A DNA stretch of 64,000 nt, from contig PRDH01000044.1 in the NCBI GenBank assembly GCA_003345545.1, positions 125,793-189,792 of the forward strand, written 5' to 3'. Source of the stretch: Candidatus Thorarchaeota archaeon (lineage in GTDB: Archaea; Asgardarchaeota; Thorarchaeia; Thorarchaeales; Thorarchaeaceae). The translations under genes were made by a program, and so were the position numbers. This document shows positions 8,771 through 18,847 of this stretch, piece by piece. The notes under the pieces are model-generated. The model was not told the DNA's origin, did not search any database, and was given only the letters and a program-made list of their open reading frames with translations. How positions within the stretch are numbered: position 1 is the first letter of the stretch; each line of letters starts with the position of its first letter.

Positions 8771-9829
8771 CTAGAAGTTGCCAATCGCACTCTCTCGTCT
8801 GCGAGAATAGTCAGAGGGGTAGTGGAACGTTGTTACAATTCTATCAATTCCAACATCCTTACCCAATGCCTTGATCTCTTGGAGCTGTTCCAAGGTCGTT
8901 ACGCCCCAACGGAAGAGGGATGCTCTTCCTCCTCTCCTCGTAAACTCATTCACAAAATAGAGTGCCTCTACGAGCTCGCTGTACTCAGAGGTTCCCTTGG
9001 CGGGGATATCCGGAGACCATGGGAAGAGGTTAATCAAGACGTTCTTCGTAATCTCTCCGATCCTAGTGTAATCATAGCCATACTCGTTCTTTGCACCCTC
9101 TGAGAGACCCGTTTCAGGATCAAGGAGTACTTCAACTGAGAGCCTCAGAGGTTTCTCTCTTCCAGTCGCATCATCTGCCTCCACAGCTGCATCCTGCAAG
9201 TAGGTAAGCCCCTGATGCACCTTTTCACTCCGAAACTTGTGCCATTTCTCGTGATATTCCTGATTCTCAGAAATGTACTGGTAGGTGAGCCGACCTGGCT
9301 CTTGATCGACCATGGGTGCGAACTCCTTTCGGCAACGGTCGCAGAAGCAAAACTGATCTCTGATATAACCCCCTCCAAAGAGAAGAATCTCATCGATTGG
9401 ATATGACCCGATTTCCTTCACTATCTCAGCACCGTACTGCCAGAACTCCGGGCGATTGGGGCAGATCTGATGTTCCATCTTTATGCCCCTATCATTCATG
9501 GTCTGGTACTTCGGGTCTCGAGCGAACCATCCATCAGTATACATATCCAGCCCAACAACTGCATTAATGTCCAAAGCGTCCGTAAGGCGCACCCATTCCT
9601 CAAAGAATGGAACATGCTGTTCTCTGACTGGCGCTGTCTTGCTGGGGTATATTGCATATCCATCAGGACCCTTGCCGACTATTCCGACAGCATCCATGTA
9701 AGAAGCATATGTCGAGATGAAGTCCTTTGCTGACATCTCAATGTCTTCGGGTTTGAACATGATGAGCATTTTTTGCATGAAAAACTCGCGGTAATTCACT
9801 TTCATTGTCAAATACCCCGTCGAAAGCAT
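8771..9829 (-). CDS. Glycoside hydrolase-like TIM-barrel protein (GHL10/GH42-related)
   Basis: GYAIYPSK, ICPNRPE and FCFCDRCRKEF..W.KFR motifs. The true start may be at MQKM. Confidence 0.6.
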   Translation of the reverse strand: MLSTGYLTMKVNYREFFMQKMLIMFKPEDIEMSAKDFISTYASYMDAVGIVGKGPDGYAIYPSKTAPVREQHVPFFEEWVRLTDALDINAVVGLDMYTDGWFARDPKYQTMNDRGIKMEHQICPNRPEFWQYGAEIVKEIGSYPIDEILLFGGGYIRDQFCFCDRCRKEFAPMVDQEPGRLTYQYISENQEYHEKWHKFRSEKVHQGLTYLQDAAVEADDATGREKPLRLSVEVLLDPETGLSEGAKNEYGYDYTRIGEITKNVLINLFPWSPDIPAKGTSEYSELVEALYFVNEFTRRGGRASLFRWGVTTLEQLQEIKALGKDVGIDRIVTTFHYPSDYSRRRESAIGNF

Positions 9830-9913
9830 AGTATGTCAGGCTCAAGGTCTCCTTGCGTGTATCACGCTTCGGCTATAAGAATTTCTTATTCAAACCCTCA
9901 TACTGCTATGTCG

Positions 9914-12748
9914 TTAGAAAAACTTGTCTAGGGTGGTGAAACCAAGAAACTCGCTGAAGTCGAGGCCTAGAGAGTCTAGAACTTGATCGAAGACGCCCCT
10001 CAGTATATCAATGTAGACGTCTTTGTCCACCCAGTAGGACGTTTGCTTGGCGAGTTCAACAGGAAGTACACCACCAGGCCCTTTGGTCCGGATGAACTCA
10101 ATGATTGTCCCGGGTAGCACTCGATTGGGGTCTTTCGTTTTCTCGACCAGCATCTTTGCCGCTCTGACGTGTGGCGTATCAGTTGGATACTCAGACAGAC
10201 GCTTCGTTATCTGAATTCGAAAAGCCAGCTCCTCAGGAGAGTAGCCTTCAGTCTTCCCCTCAAGCCTATCGATGACATGATTCACAATCTGACGTATTCC
10301 AGCTTTTGCTGTTTCGAATCCCTCTGCGTCATCAACTCGACTCAGTACCTCAAGCATCTCTCTAAATGCCTGTTGGGCATAGTCCGGTGTGTTCCGCTTC
10401 TTCCCGCTTAATCCTTTGACTTCCACCTTCCCATCCGGATAGACACCAATGTAGTTCTTCTTTCTGTCTGAGAGCGCTACATACTTGTAGGTCTTATCAA
10501 CTTCAAGATCAATACCAAGAGCTTTTCGCGACCATTGAACTAATTCCTTCTGCTGCTCCTTTGATGGATTGTCCAGGAAGACCGAGTCTGTATCACCATA
10601 GAGCACCCTGATTCCCATATCCTCTGCCTTCGCCTTGGCCCGCTGAATAGCATCACGCCCGAAGGCAGTGATACTCTCTGCAGCTGGCATGCAAAAGAGC
10701 TCGAAATGTCTGGCTCCTGTGACACCGTAGGATGCATTGACGAACACCTTCAATGCTTTCTCCACGACCGAGTACCAGTTCCTAGTACGTTCATCCACTG
10801 TTTTGTCCTTGCTCTTGGGTTTGAACCACTTCACACGGGTGTCCCGGAAGAAGCCTATCGTCTGACTGATCATCCCTCGTCGTTTCTTACAGACCCAGTG
10901 GTCGGTCTCCGGAACTCGATTATCATCCGCATTCTTACATTCCTCATGCGGGCAGTCAATCGTTTCGTAGCTGATATTGTGTGTTTTCATGATTGTTGGG
11001 TATAGACTGGCGAAGTCTAACACTGTCGCCTTGAAGTGCACGCCAGCCACAGGCTCAATCACAATGGCTCCCTTGAACGCTTTCCCGCCAATCAATGCTT
11101 CAGTCTGTGCGTCAGATTGCTTGACTGTATCAATATCGACACGTCGCGGAATAAGCTGGCTATGGGCTCTGTGTTCCTGCCTGAACAGTGATTGAATCCA
11201 AGAGGAGATGTAGAATCGAGTGACCTCACCCATTGACATCCTAGAGACACGCATGAGAAGGACGATGAGTCTGAGCAACAGGTTGTTCTCATACATTGTG
11301 AATCTGAGAACGAGATTCGAATCGAGCCAGCAGTAGTGAGCAAGTTCATGGTAGGATAATGCAGAGATGTTATCGCTCAGCTGGAGTTTTCGCTCACCGA
11401 GAATACCCTCTGCGATGGTGTCCAGATTCTCACGTTGATATGCACCTGAGAGTGCATAGATCTTTATTGAGGGATTGGTGAAGAACTTGTACATGTCAAC
11501 ATGTATTCCACGTTTCAGGTCAGCCTGCTCTCGTCGCGGGTCCTGATTGCCGCGAATCACGATTGGACAGTACTTGTCCATGTCCATATGCAGACTCTTC
11601 GCACGGTTGTAGAGGTATTTGAGGTCGAAAGTGTCCCCAACGAAGGTCAGTACAATTGGATACTTATCAATGATTTTGAAAGCCTCGACCAACATCTCAG
11701 TTTCGTCATCAAAGTATACTAATTCAAGCTCTTTGGGGAATTTCTTGCCCTTCTTTCCTTCGGATATTCCGGCTCGACGAAGCACAAGACACTGATTGAG
11801 CCCATCGCTATCGGACAGACCTATGGCTGTGACAGGATATTGGGACACCCGAGCATCAGGAACCCTATTGACGATGGGGGTATAGACCTCGATATCAACC
11901 GCGATTCTCCTGATGTCCGGAACTTCAGTGAAAAACATAGGGGAGTATGTAGATATGATAGACTCGAGACCCTCTTCATCAGCGATTGTCTTCTTGAACT
12001 CATTGAGGATCTTTGTGTCTACATCAGGCTGGCAGGCAATTAGCTTCCCCTTCTCTATCTTGTACATGAGGCCGGGTACGAAACCCCTATCATACGTATA
12101 ACACAGATGATAGCGTATGGTGGCTTCCCATGCATGGCTCACATTGTTATCATCAATGAGCTTCTCCCTCATCGATGCAGCACCACCACCAATGCTGAGC
12201 GGATTATCACCGATGAGTTTTGTCATCGTCACATGCTTATCATGCAGGAGATCATGAAGCTTAATAGTTTCGGTTCTCACAAACCCAGGATTGCCGCGTA
12301 CCTTTGACTCAACGACCTGTGGCGGCCAGTCAGTATAGAGGAATGGTTTATGCCCTGTATTATCAATCCAGAAGCAGACCCTCTTTGATTTTGGTTCATA
12401 GAGCCGAGCAACTGCCTTGTTTAGTGGGCCGGAGTAGTCAATAGACAAGAGAAAGGAGGGGGACAACTCCTTTGGTTTGTCCATTTCTCCGATATTGAAG
12501 TGAATTGATGGTTCTTCGACATCTTCCTCGGCTATTTCATCCTCCTCATCGTTTGTCGACTGAGTTTCTGGAAAGGGAGTTGAAGTAGGTGATTCCAGAG
12601 GGGCGCCTCGCCTAGATGCGGCTGCTTTCTTCTCCCGAGAGCCTTTTGCAGAAGGCACAGGAGGAGCCTCGGTTTCTTCTGCTCCGAGGAAGTCCTCTAA
12701 TGAAGACTGATTAACATCTGTCGGTTTCTCATCCTTCATTAAGGTCAT
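9914..12748 (-). CDS. polB: Family B DNA polymerase (PolB1-type)
   Basis: Exonuclease DIEV and FDLKYL; polymerase DFASLYP, KVFVNASYG, YGDTDS and KKNY; PIP-like QSSLEDFL and TTLDKFF. Confidence 0.96.
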   Translation of the reverse strand: MTLMKDEKPTDVNQSSLEDFLGAEETEAPPVPSAKGSREKKAAASRRGAPLESPTSTPFPETQSTNDEEDEIAEEDVEEPSIHFNIGEMDKPKELSPSFLLSIDYSGPLNKAVARLYEPKSKRVCFWIDNTGHKPFLYTDWPPQVVESKVRGNPGFVRTETIKLHDLLHDKHVTMTKLIGDNPLSIGGGAASMREKLIDDNNVSHAWEATIRYHLCYTYDRGFVPGLMYKIEKGKLIACQPDVDTKILNEFKKTIADEEGLESIISTYSPMFFTEVPDIRRIAVDIEVYTPIVNRVPDARVSQYPVTAIGLSDSDGLNQCLVLRRAGISEGKKGKKFPKELELVYFDDETEMLVEAFKIIDKYPIVLTFVGDTFDLKYLYNRAKSLHMDMDKYCPIVIRGNQDPRREQADLKRGIHVDMYKFFTNPSIKIYALSGAYQRENLDTIAEGILGERKLQLSDNISALSYHELAHYCWLDSNLVLRFTMYENNLLLRLIVLLMRVSRMSMGEVTRFYISSWIQSLFRQEHRAHSQLIPRRVDIDTVKQSDAQTEALIGGKAFKGAIVIEPVAGVHFKATVLDFASLYPTIMKTHNISYETIDCPHEECKNADDNRVPETDHWVCKKRRGMISQTIGFFRDTRVKWFKPKSKDKTVDERTRNWYSVVEKALKVFVNASYGVTGARHFELFCMPAAESITAFGRDAIQRAKAKAEDMGIRVLYGDTDSVFLDNPSKEQQKELVQWSRKALGIDLEVDKTYKYVALSDRKKNYIGVYPDGKVEVKGLSGKKRNTPDYAQQAFREMLEVLSRVDDAEGFETAKAGIRQIVNHVIDRLEGKTEGYSPEELAFRIQITKRLSEYPTDTPHVRAAKMLVEKTKDPNRVLPGTIIEFIRTKGPGGVLPVELAKQTSYWVDKDVYIDILRGVFDQVLDSLGLDFSEFLGFTTLDKFF

Positions 12749-12844
12749 CCACAGAATTAGTGGAATGATGTTGACTGATAAGCACTTCCCATCGGCGCGG
12801 CGTCCTCCGTGACCTTCATTAGTGGAGCATGTCTAGCAGCACCC

Positions 12845-13276
12845 ATGGTTCGCGTACACACTACGAAAGCGACGGGAAGAGTACTGGTCGCTCGACTCTT
12901 GCCTGGCGAGGATATTCTCAGCTCAATCGAGAAGATTGCAGATGAAAACAAGATTCAGTCAGCGCATTTCAGCATGATTGGTGCGGTTTCAAGAGTCCAT
13001 TTGGGTTACTTTGACAGAGAGCTGAATAGCTACAAGGATTTCACTGTAGAAGAAGACCTTGAGGTTGTTTCGGGCATTGGCAATGTCTCAAGGCATGATG
13101 GGAAGTACGTAGTGCATGCACATATCGTCGTAGCAGACGAAATCGGCAGGTGCTATGGCGGTCATCTTCTGGGAGGATGTGAGGTTTCGGTCACCATCGA
13201 GCTCGTTATCACTGAGATTCCTGAGATGACGAGAACTCGTGATGAGAAGTCAGGACTCAACCTGCTCAACATCTAG
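12845..13276 (+). CDS. PPC/DUF296 domain protein
   Basis: RLLPGEDI, IGAV, LEVVSGIGNVS, HAHIVV and GGHL. Confidence 0.9.
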   Translation: MVRVHTTKATGRVLVARLLPGEDILSSIEKIADENKIQSAHFSMIGAVSRVHLGYFDRELNSYKDFTVEEDLEVVSGIGNVSRHDGKYVVHAHIVVADEIGRCYGGHLLGGCEVSVTIELVITEIPEMTRTRDEKSGLNLLNI

Positions 13277-13701
13277 AATGACTTTCTGATTCGTTTTGAC
13301 ATCCGATCCAACTCGTCTCGCGGAGCCATTGAGTCGTGATACCCTGGTGGAAACTTGAAACCAAATGGGTCGGCATTGTTTCTGGGAATCACGTGAAAAT
13401 GCAGGTGTGGCACGTCTTGCCCAGCACCCTCACCATTTGCTATGACATTGATTACACCGTCTGCTCCCGTCGCTTTCGATACTGCCTTTGTCAGCTCTGA
13501 CAGTTTCACAGACATATGAGAAAGAACATCATGGTCAACATCCATCATGTTGACAAAGTGCCTTTTCGGTATGAGTAGACAGTGTCCGGTTGTTATTGGA
13601 AAGACATCCATGAAGGCCATACAGATGTCATCCTGATATATCACGGAGGATGGCACATCACCTTGAACAATCTTGCAGAAGATACAATCCTTTGAACTCA
13701 T
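13273..13701 (-). CDS. hit: HIT family nucleotide hydrolase
   Basis: CIFCKIV, GHCLLIPKRH and GQDVPHLHFHVIPR. Confidence 0.93.
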   Translation of the reverse strand: MSSKDCIFCKIVQGDVPSSVIYQDDICMAFMDVFPITTGHCLLIPKRHFVNMMDVDHDVLSHMSVKLSELTKAVSKATGADGVINVIANGEGAGQDVPHLHFHVIPRNNADPFGFKFPPGYHDSMAPRDELDRMSKRIRKSF

Positions 13702-13820
13702 GTCTCGGTACTTTGAATAAGTGCGAAATAAAGAATTCGAAGTGCTTGAGTGACGTGCGCACAAGTCTAATTAGCGTGATTGACCCGAATGAGAATAACA
13801 GGTTACTTGGGTGCATCCTC

Positions 13821-15011
13821 TTGAGCGGAAGAAGGCCAAAGGTTTACTTCGACCAGACACAAAATGAGCGCGGAAAGCTGGACAGTACATACTCTGAACT
13901 GGGTCAAATCCTGAGGGATAACGACTTTGACGTAGAACCCTATACAGAATTCATGCTTCTTGCCAAGAATCTGAGAGAAGCGGATGTCCTGGTATTCGGA
14001 TGTCCTAATAGCTCCAAAGTACGACCTCCTGAGATAGATGTTTTGCAGAAGTACGTCAAGAATGGGGGCGGTCTGATGTTACTATCGCTCTCAGGTGGCG
14101 ATAGAGGCCTCATGAATAATATGTCACAGATATCACAGGAGTTTGGAATCTCTTTCGACAATACAGCAGTCAAGGATGACAGGAACAACGCGGGGATTCC
14201 CACCATGCCAGTCATCAGCGACATTGTCGCTCATCCGACGACCGAGAACGTGGGAGAACTTCTCATCCCTTCTGCCTGCAGCCTTCATGTCAGTGGCAAG
14301 GCAGTCGCTCTGGCCCGGACATCACAGGTGGCAGAACCAAGTAGGGCGCCCATTGTTGCAGCCGCAGAGGTTGGAAAAGGCCGTATAATGTGCATTGGGA
14401 GCTATGAGATCTTCAGAAAGGGCGGGGGTCTGAAGCACGAAGGGAATACGACATTTGCAATTAATGCATTCAAGTGGTTGAGTAGAGAACTGCAGGCAAC
14501 AAAGCCCAGCACTGCTGCCACGGAGCAAACAAAGACAGAGAGTGCCAAGGCAAGAGGGGAGCTAAGAGAGGCTGATACTGTGCCTACAGCGGAGATCGAA
14601 AAGACACTTAGAAGGCTGGTCAATGCTGTGGTTGACCTTCAGAAAGACATCTCCAAGATGAATGAACAGGTCGGGAATGTTGAATCCCATATTGAGCTTC
14701 TTAGAAGTCAGTTCCAAGAGTTTGCAGAGAAGACACAACAACAACTGGGTGTCATGATGCCAGCAAAGCAGTTCAAGACTCCCGAGGAGAATAGGGCTGC
14801 AGATATTGAGGCAGACATCAGATCCCTACTAAAAGAGACAGAATCAATTCAGCAGCTCTGCGAACATATCGAACAGAGGTATGCATCTGGAGCCATGGCA
14901 AAAGAAACCTATACCGAACAGATGGAGAGTCTAAACGCCAGAATCGTTAGTATAGGGAAGAAGATTGAGAAGAAAGAGAAGGAGCTTGAACAATTCAAGA
15001 CGGAGGGCTAA
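13821..15011 (+). CDS. GIFT/IFT52-GldG-like domain protein with a C-terminal coiled coil
   Basis: VYFDQTQNE, DVLVFGCP, EIDVLQKYVKNGGGLMLLSLSGG..NN..ISQEFGISFDNTAV, GKGRIMCIGS and N..FAINAFKWL, followed by heptad repeats. Start placed at TTG 13821. Confidence 0.75.
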   Translation: MSGRRPKVYFDQTQNERGKLDSTYSELGQILRDNDFDVEPYTEFMLLAKNLREADVLVFGCPNSSKVRPPEIDVLQKYVKNGGGLMLLSLSGGDRGLMNNMSQISQEFGISFDNTAVKDDRNNAGIPTMPVISDIVAHPTTENVGELLIPSACSLHVSGKAVALARTSQVAEPSRAPIVAAAEVGKGRIMCIGSYEIFRKGGGLKHEGNTTFAINAFKWLSRELQATKPSTAATEQTKTESAKARGELREADTVPTAEIEKTLRRLVNAVVDLQKDISKMNEQVGNVESHIELLRSQFQEFAEKTQQQLGVMMPAKQFKTPEENRAADIEADIRSLLKETESIQQLCEHIEQRYASGAMAKETYTEQMESLNARIVSIGKKIEKKEKELEQFKTEG

Positions 15012-16508
15012 ATTCATCCTCTTGCACAGCAGTGACGGTGCATTCTCTGCTTCTTGATATCGACTGCCTGAGAGAAACGAGGCGGCATCGTAGCCATCAC
15101 TCGCGACCTCCAGCACGACAGAGAACTGCCTATGACAGATGTATCCCAGAAGCATAAGGATTATGAATGCAATGTATACATAGCGATTGGGTGTCAGAAT
15201 CAAAAGTCCAAACAGTATTGGATTCAATAACATGAATATCGATGGTTTCACTGTCTGCTTCTTCACTGAGATCATGCTTGACACAGACTGTATGGAGAAG
15301 AATGGGATAAGTGCGACACAGTAGTACTTGTACATTCCACGTGGTGAGAAGATGTGCACACATAGTATGAGAAGCAGTGAAAGGAAGAACATGCGGCGCC
15401 AGTATGCGGGAAGATTGTTGTCATCCTTGACCTGAAGCAACATCAATACTAGAAGCGTGAGTATAGAAATCGCCAAGAAGATGTTGTAGTATGTCGCCTT
15501 GTTCACAATGTCGACTAGCCAAGTTGGTGCGTCTAAGAAAATCAAAAGAACAGCCGGTGATATCGGCTGGGACACATCGGGAAGATTGGTGAGGTCCTCC
15601 AGTAGAAAGCCTCCTGGTCGCTGAAAGATGTAGTAGAGATAGTTCTGCAAGTCAAAGAGATATGGCAGAGACACTACTGCGATATATACCAGAACAGCCA
15701 GAGCTATCTTAGCAAATCCTCTCAAGTCAAGTTCGTCGCCGGGAGGTCTCTTGCCACCGACGACTTCAGGCTGTTTCGTCGGAGCCCTCTTCAGAATGTA
15801 GGCGATAAGTGGAAGGGCGAGAAAGAAGGCGGTCTGCTTGAAGAGTGCGGCTGTTACCATCGCCAGAGTTCCTGAAAGCCGTCTACCCTTCATCAATAGA
15901 TAGAATGACAACATCACAAAGAACACGAAGGGTGCTGGATTGAGCCATTTGAATGTGGTGTAAAAGAGCACGAGTGGATTGAATAGATACGTGATGACGG
16001 ATATTTCTCCGACCCTTCTGTTCTGTGCCAGATAGGCACTGATACCATAGATTGGAAATGCAGTCAGATATCCGAAGAGACTGATCATGAATCCAATTCC
16101 GAAGGGATCGATGGGCAAGACCAGACCGAATGCACACATGTAGACATAGAGCGGTGGATAGAAGTATGGTGTGTTCCACGAGGTTCCATCTACAAAGGTC
16201 TTGTCGAATGTGTCCGTGTAGGGAGCTATGCCGCTAAGAAATTGCTCACCCCAGGAGTAGTAGTAATAGTCATAGTCCACATAGCCCTCAAAGTCGTAAT
16301 AGACGGTATATCCGAATAGGTCGAACTGACCCACGCCGCCCCAAGTCCCCCTGAATGGTCGGCTTCCATCTGCGATAAAATCGGAGGCGGCCCATGTAAA
16401 GATCAAGATCCATACGATAGCAGCCACCACAAGGATGAGTATCAGGACTATGTTCGTGCGTGCAAGTGCTCCGAGTCGAGCGATGCGGGATTCGTTCTCA
16501 GTGGACAT
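14931..16508 (-). CDS. GT-C superfamily integral membrane glycosyltransferase (GT87/PIG-M-like)
   Basis: Lumenal loop EGYVDYDYYY..WG..PY, YPPL, NPLV, FKQTA and about 10 or more TM segments. Confidence 0.7.
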   Translation of the reverse strand: MSTENESRIARLGALARTNIVLILILVVAAIVWILIFTWAASDFIADGSRPFRGTWGGVGQFDLFGYTVYYDFEGYVDYDYYYYSWGEQFLSGIAPYTDTFDKTFVDGTSWNTPYFYPPLYVYMCAFGLVLPIDPFGIGFMISLFGYLTAFPIYGISAYLAQNRRVGEISVITYLFNPLVLFYTTFKWLNPAPFVFFVMLSFYLLMKGRRLSGTLAMVTAALFKQTAFFLALPLIAYILKRAPTKQPEVVGGKRPPGDELDLRGFAKIALAVLVYIAVVSLPYLFDLQNYLYYIFQRPGGFLLEDLTNLPDVSQPISPAVLLIFLDAPTWLVDIVNKATYYNIFLAISILTLLVLMLLQVKDDNNLPAYWRRMFFLSLLLILCVHIFSPRGMYKYYCVALIPFFSIQSVSSMISVKKQTVKPSIFMLLNPILFGLLILTPNRYVYIAFIILMLLGYICHRQFSVVLEVASDGYDAASFLSGSRYQEAENAPSLLCKRMNLALRLELFKLLLFLLNLLPYTNDSGV

Positions 16509-16519
16509 GAACGCACCTC

Positions 16520-18787
16520 CTAGATTGGCATTGATTCAGTCGCTTTCGGGAGCACAGAGACTCCTGAAGATTCCACAGAAGCACTTTGAACAAAAACAGT
16601 GCCAATGGTCAGCAGGAGATGAATTACTAGTCCTGCGATACAGGTCCATCCGAGAAGCATGAGCAGGACATCGCCAAGCGAAGACCAGACCCACGCCCCG
16701 ACTGCACACCCCAAGATGAGAAAGATGTCAGCTAATAGCCTGGATATGTTCGCAACACGTATCACAAGTCCCAAAGTCCACATAACTAGCAGCATACTAG
16801 AGACAACCATGAGCTGGCTTTCGAGAAGACCACCAACAGTCCAGCTGAGAACGTAAGTATCGATTCCAAAGATAATGAGAAGAGCTGCCAATGTGAATGA
16901 CAGTGTCCTGACGACATAATCGAGATCACTCTGTCGGGCCTGTTCTGATAGAAGCCCGTTGCTTGCTATTGAGAGAATCTGCATACCCGCGAAGACCATC
17001 GCTCCCATCAGCAGCATGGACTGTATGATGACTGCAAGGGATGCAGTCAATCGGTCGAAACACACGGACATGCCCAGTACAAGAAGCGCAGAGCCACACA
17101 CCATAGACACGACAATCGTGATCATCCGCAACACCTTGAATGATAGGGATTGAGTCTGCCCATGAAGCTGGACAGTGCCGAAACGTAGGCGGAGATGGCC
17201 TGCAAGGTGAGTCTTCAGGTACGAGAAGGGACGTTTGATGAGACCATAGAGTCGATCAAACAGGGGCGAGAGGCAGTAAGAAATGAAGATCAGAAGGACA
17301 TATCCTAGGTAGTAGTTGCGGTCGGGAAGCAGAATCATGAGTGAGAATAGGATTGGCATCCATATCATCGAAGCCGAGAACGGCACATGTTCTCCTTTTC
17401 CACGAATCATCTGAGCCGACGAGAGAATCGCAAAGAAGGGACCGAACATCGCGAAGTAGTACTTGAAGACCCCTCGAGGACCGGCCAAATCGGTCCACAG
17501 CATGAGAAGCATTGTGAGGAAGAGTATTCGACGCAGATACACATGTTCTTCGCCCTTGTACTTGTCAAGGAGGACCATCAGCCCTGCGAATACGACGATT
17601 CCAAAGAAGAGTGGACCCTGTGTAGTGAGAGCAATATCAAGGAGCTCTGCAAACTGAGGCATGTCATACATTATAGGAAGCATAGGCAATCGCACAGGAT
17701 TGCCATAGGGCACTGGTTCCACGTAATTAGCCAGGGGAAAATGACCTAGTGCCAATGACCAGAAATTGAGGAAGTCTGGTTGGGCTAGAATGAAGGGCAG
17801 CATGATTGCTCCTGCGTAGGAGAGTGCCACAATGATACTCATTCCGAAGCCTCGAAAATCAAAGTACTCGAACAAGAAGTCGAAACTTTTGGCCTGCGGC
17901 TTCATCTCCCCATCATCGCCGAGCACACCATTGTCATAGTTGTTCAGAACAGGTTCCTCTGTGACCTTTGTCTTCCTGTCGCGAGCTCGCACGAGTAGAT
18001 AGATGACAAGGGGAATTCCAAGAAACCACGCAGTCTGCTTGAAGAGCGCAGCAGTCACTATCAGTATCGTTGCAGTATGCCGCCGTTTCTTCAAGAGAGC
18101 ATAGAAGCCTGCAAAGAAGAAGAAGTAGAAGGGCGCAGGATTGAGCCAGATATAGTCAATATGATAGAGTACTAGGGGATTGATCGCGTACATTAGAGCT
18201 GCAATCTCCCCTACTCGCGGATTCTTCGATAGCTCTTTTGCAATTCCGTACACTGGAAGAATGGTGGCATAGCCAAATACTGCAAAGAGGAGTCCAATTC
18301 CCCAGTTTCCCGGCCCGATTATTCCTTCCAGAGCAATGCCAAGAGCATAGAGATAGGCTGTAAGAGGCGGGAACATGTAGGCGCCATTCTGGTTGACTAT
18401 CCCATCCATGTCTAGATAGCCAAAGTCCCCTGAGTATGGCATGACTCCATTGAGCATGTTGTATCCCCAGTGGACATAGTAGTAGGAATAATCGCTGTAG
18501 CCCTCGAACTGGTACTCTATGATATAGCCGTAGAAGTTGAACTCACCAGGATCGGGGAGCGGACCTAGCCATGCAGACCGTCCACTCCAGAAACGAGTGT
18601 TAAGATAGTCAACTAGTGCAATATTGAAGACAACCGACCAGACCACGAAGCCGATTAATAGCACTGCGATGAGATAGCGATACTCACTGAGGAATCGCGA
18701 CAGACGACGTCCACCCTGAAGAAGCGTGTGATCAATCCGGTGAACCGACCCTGTAATCCGAAACCTACTCGCAATCTCAGTGCCCAT
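16520..18787 (-). CDS. GT-C glycosyltransferase paralog with extra C-terminal TM helices
   Basis: Shares EGYSDYSYYY..WG, FPPL, NPRVGEI, WLNPAPF, AALFKQTA and PRG..KYY with the neighbouring gene. Confidence 0.7.
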   Translation of the reverse strand: MGTEIASRFRITGSVHRIDHTLLQGGRRLSRFLSEYRYLIAVLLIGFVVWSVVFNIALVDYLNTRFWSGRSAWLGPLPDPGEFNFYGYIIEYQFEGYSDYSYYYVHWGYNMLNGVMPYSGDFGYLDMDGIVNQNGAYMFPPLTAYLYALGIALEGIIGPGNWGIGLLFAVFGYATILPVYGIAKELSKNPRVGEIAALMYAINPLVLYHIDYIWLNPAPFYFFFFAGFYALLKKRRHTATILIVTAALFKQTAWFLGIPLVIYLLVRARDRKTKVTEEPVLNNYDNGVLGDDGEMKPQAKSFDFLFEYFDFRGFGMSIIVALSYAGAIMLPFILAQPDFLNFWSLALGHFPLANYVEPVPYGNPVRLPMLPIMYDMPQFAELLDIALTTQGPLFFGIVVFAGLMVLLDKYKGEEHVYLRRILFLTMLLMLWTDLAGPRGVFKYYFAMFGPFFAILSSAQMIRGKGEHVPFSASMIWMPILFSLMILLPDRNYYLGYVLLIFISYCLSPLFDRLYGLIKRPFSYLKTHLAGHLRLRFGTVQLHGQTQSLSFKVLRMITIVVSMVCGSALLVLGMSVCFDRLTASLAVIIQSMLLMGAMVFAGMQILSIASNGLLSEQARQSDLDYVVRTLSFTLAALLIIFGIDTYVLSWTVGGLLESQLMVVSSMLLVMWTLGLVIRVANISRLLADIFLILGCAVGAWVWSSLGDVLLMLLGWTCIAGLVIHLLLTIGTVFVQSASVESSGVSVLPKATESMPI

Positions 18788-18847
18788 GATGCATTGTCAA
18801 TCTGCGTTGCTCATTAATATTTGGCCCTAAGCGAAAAGAGCAGTATA

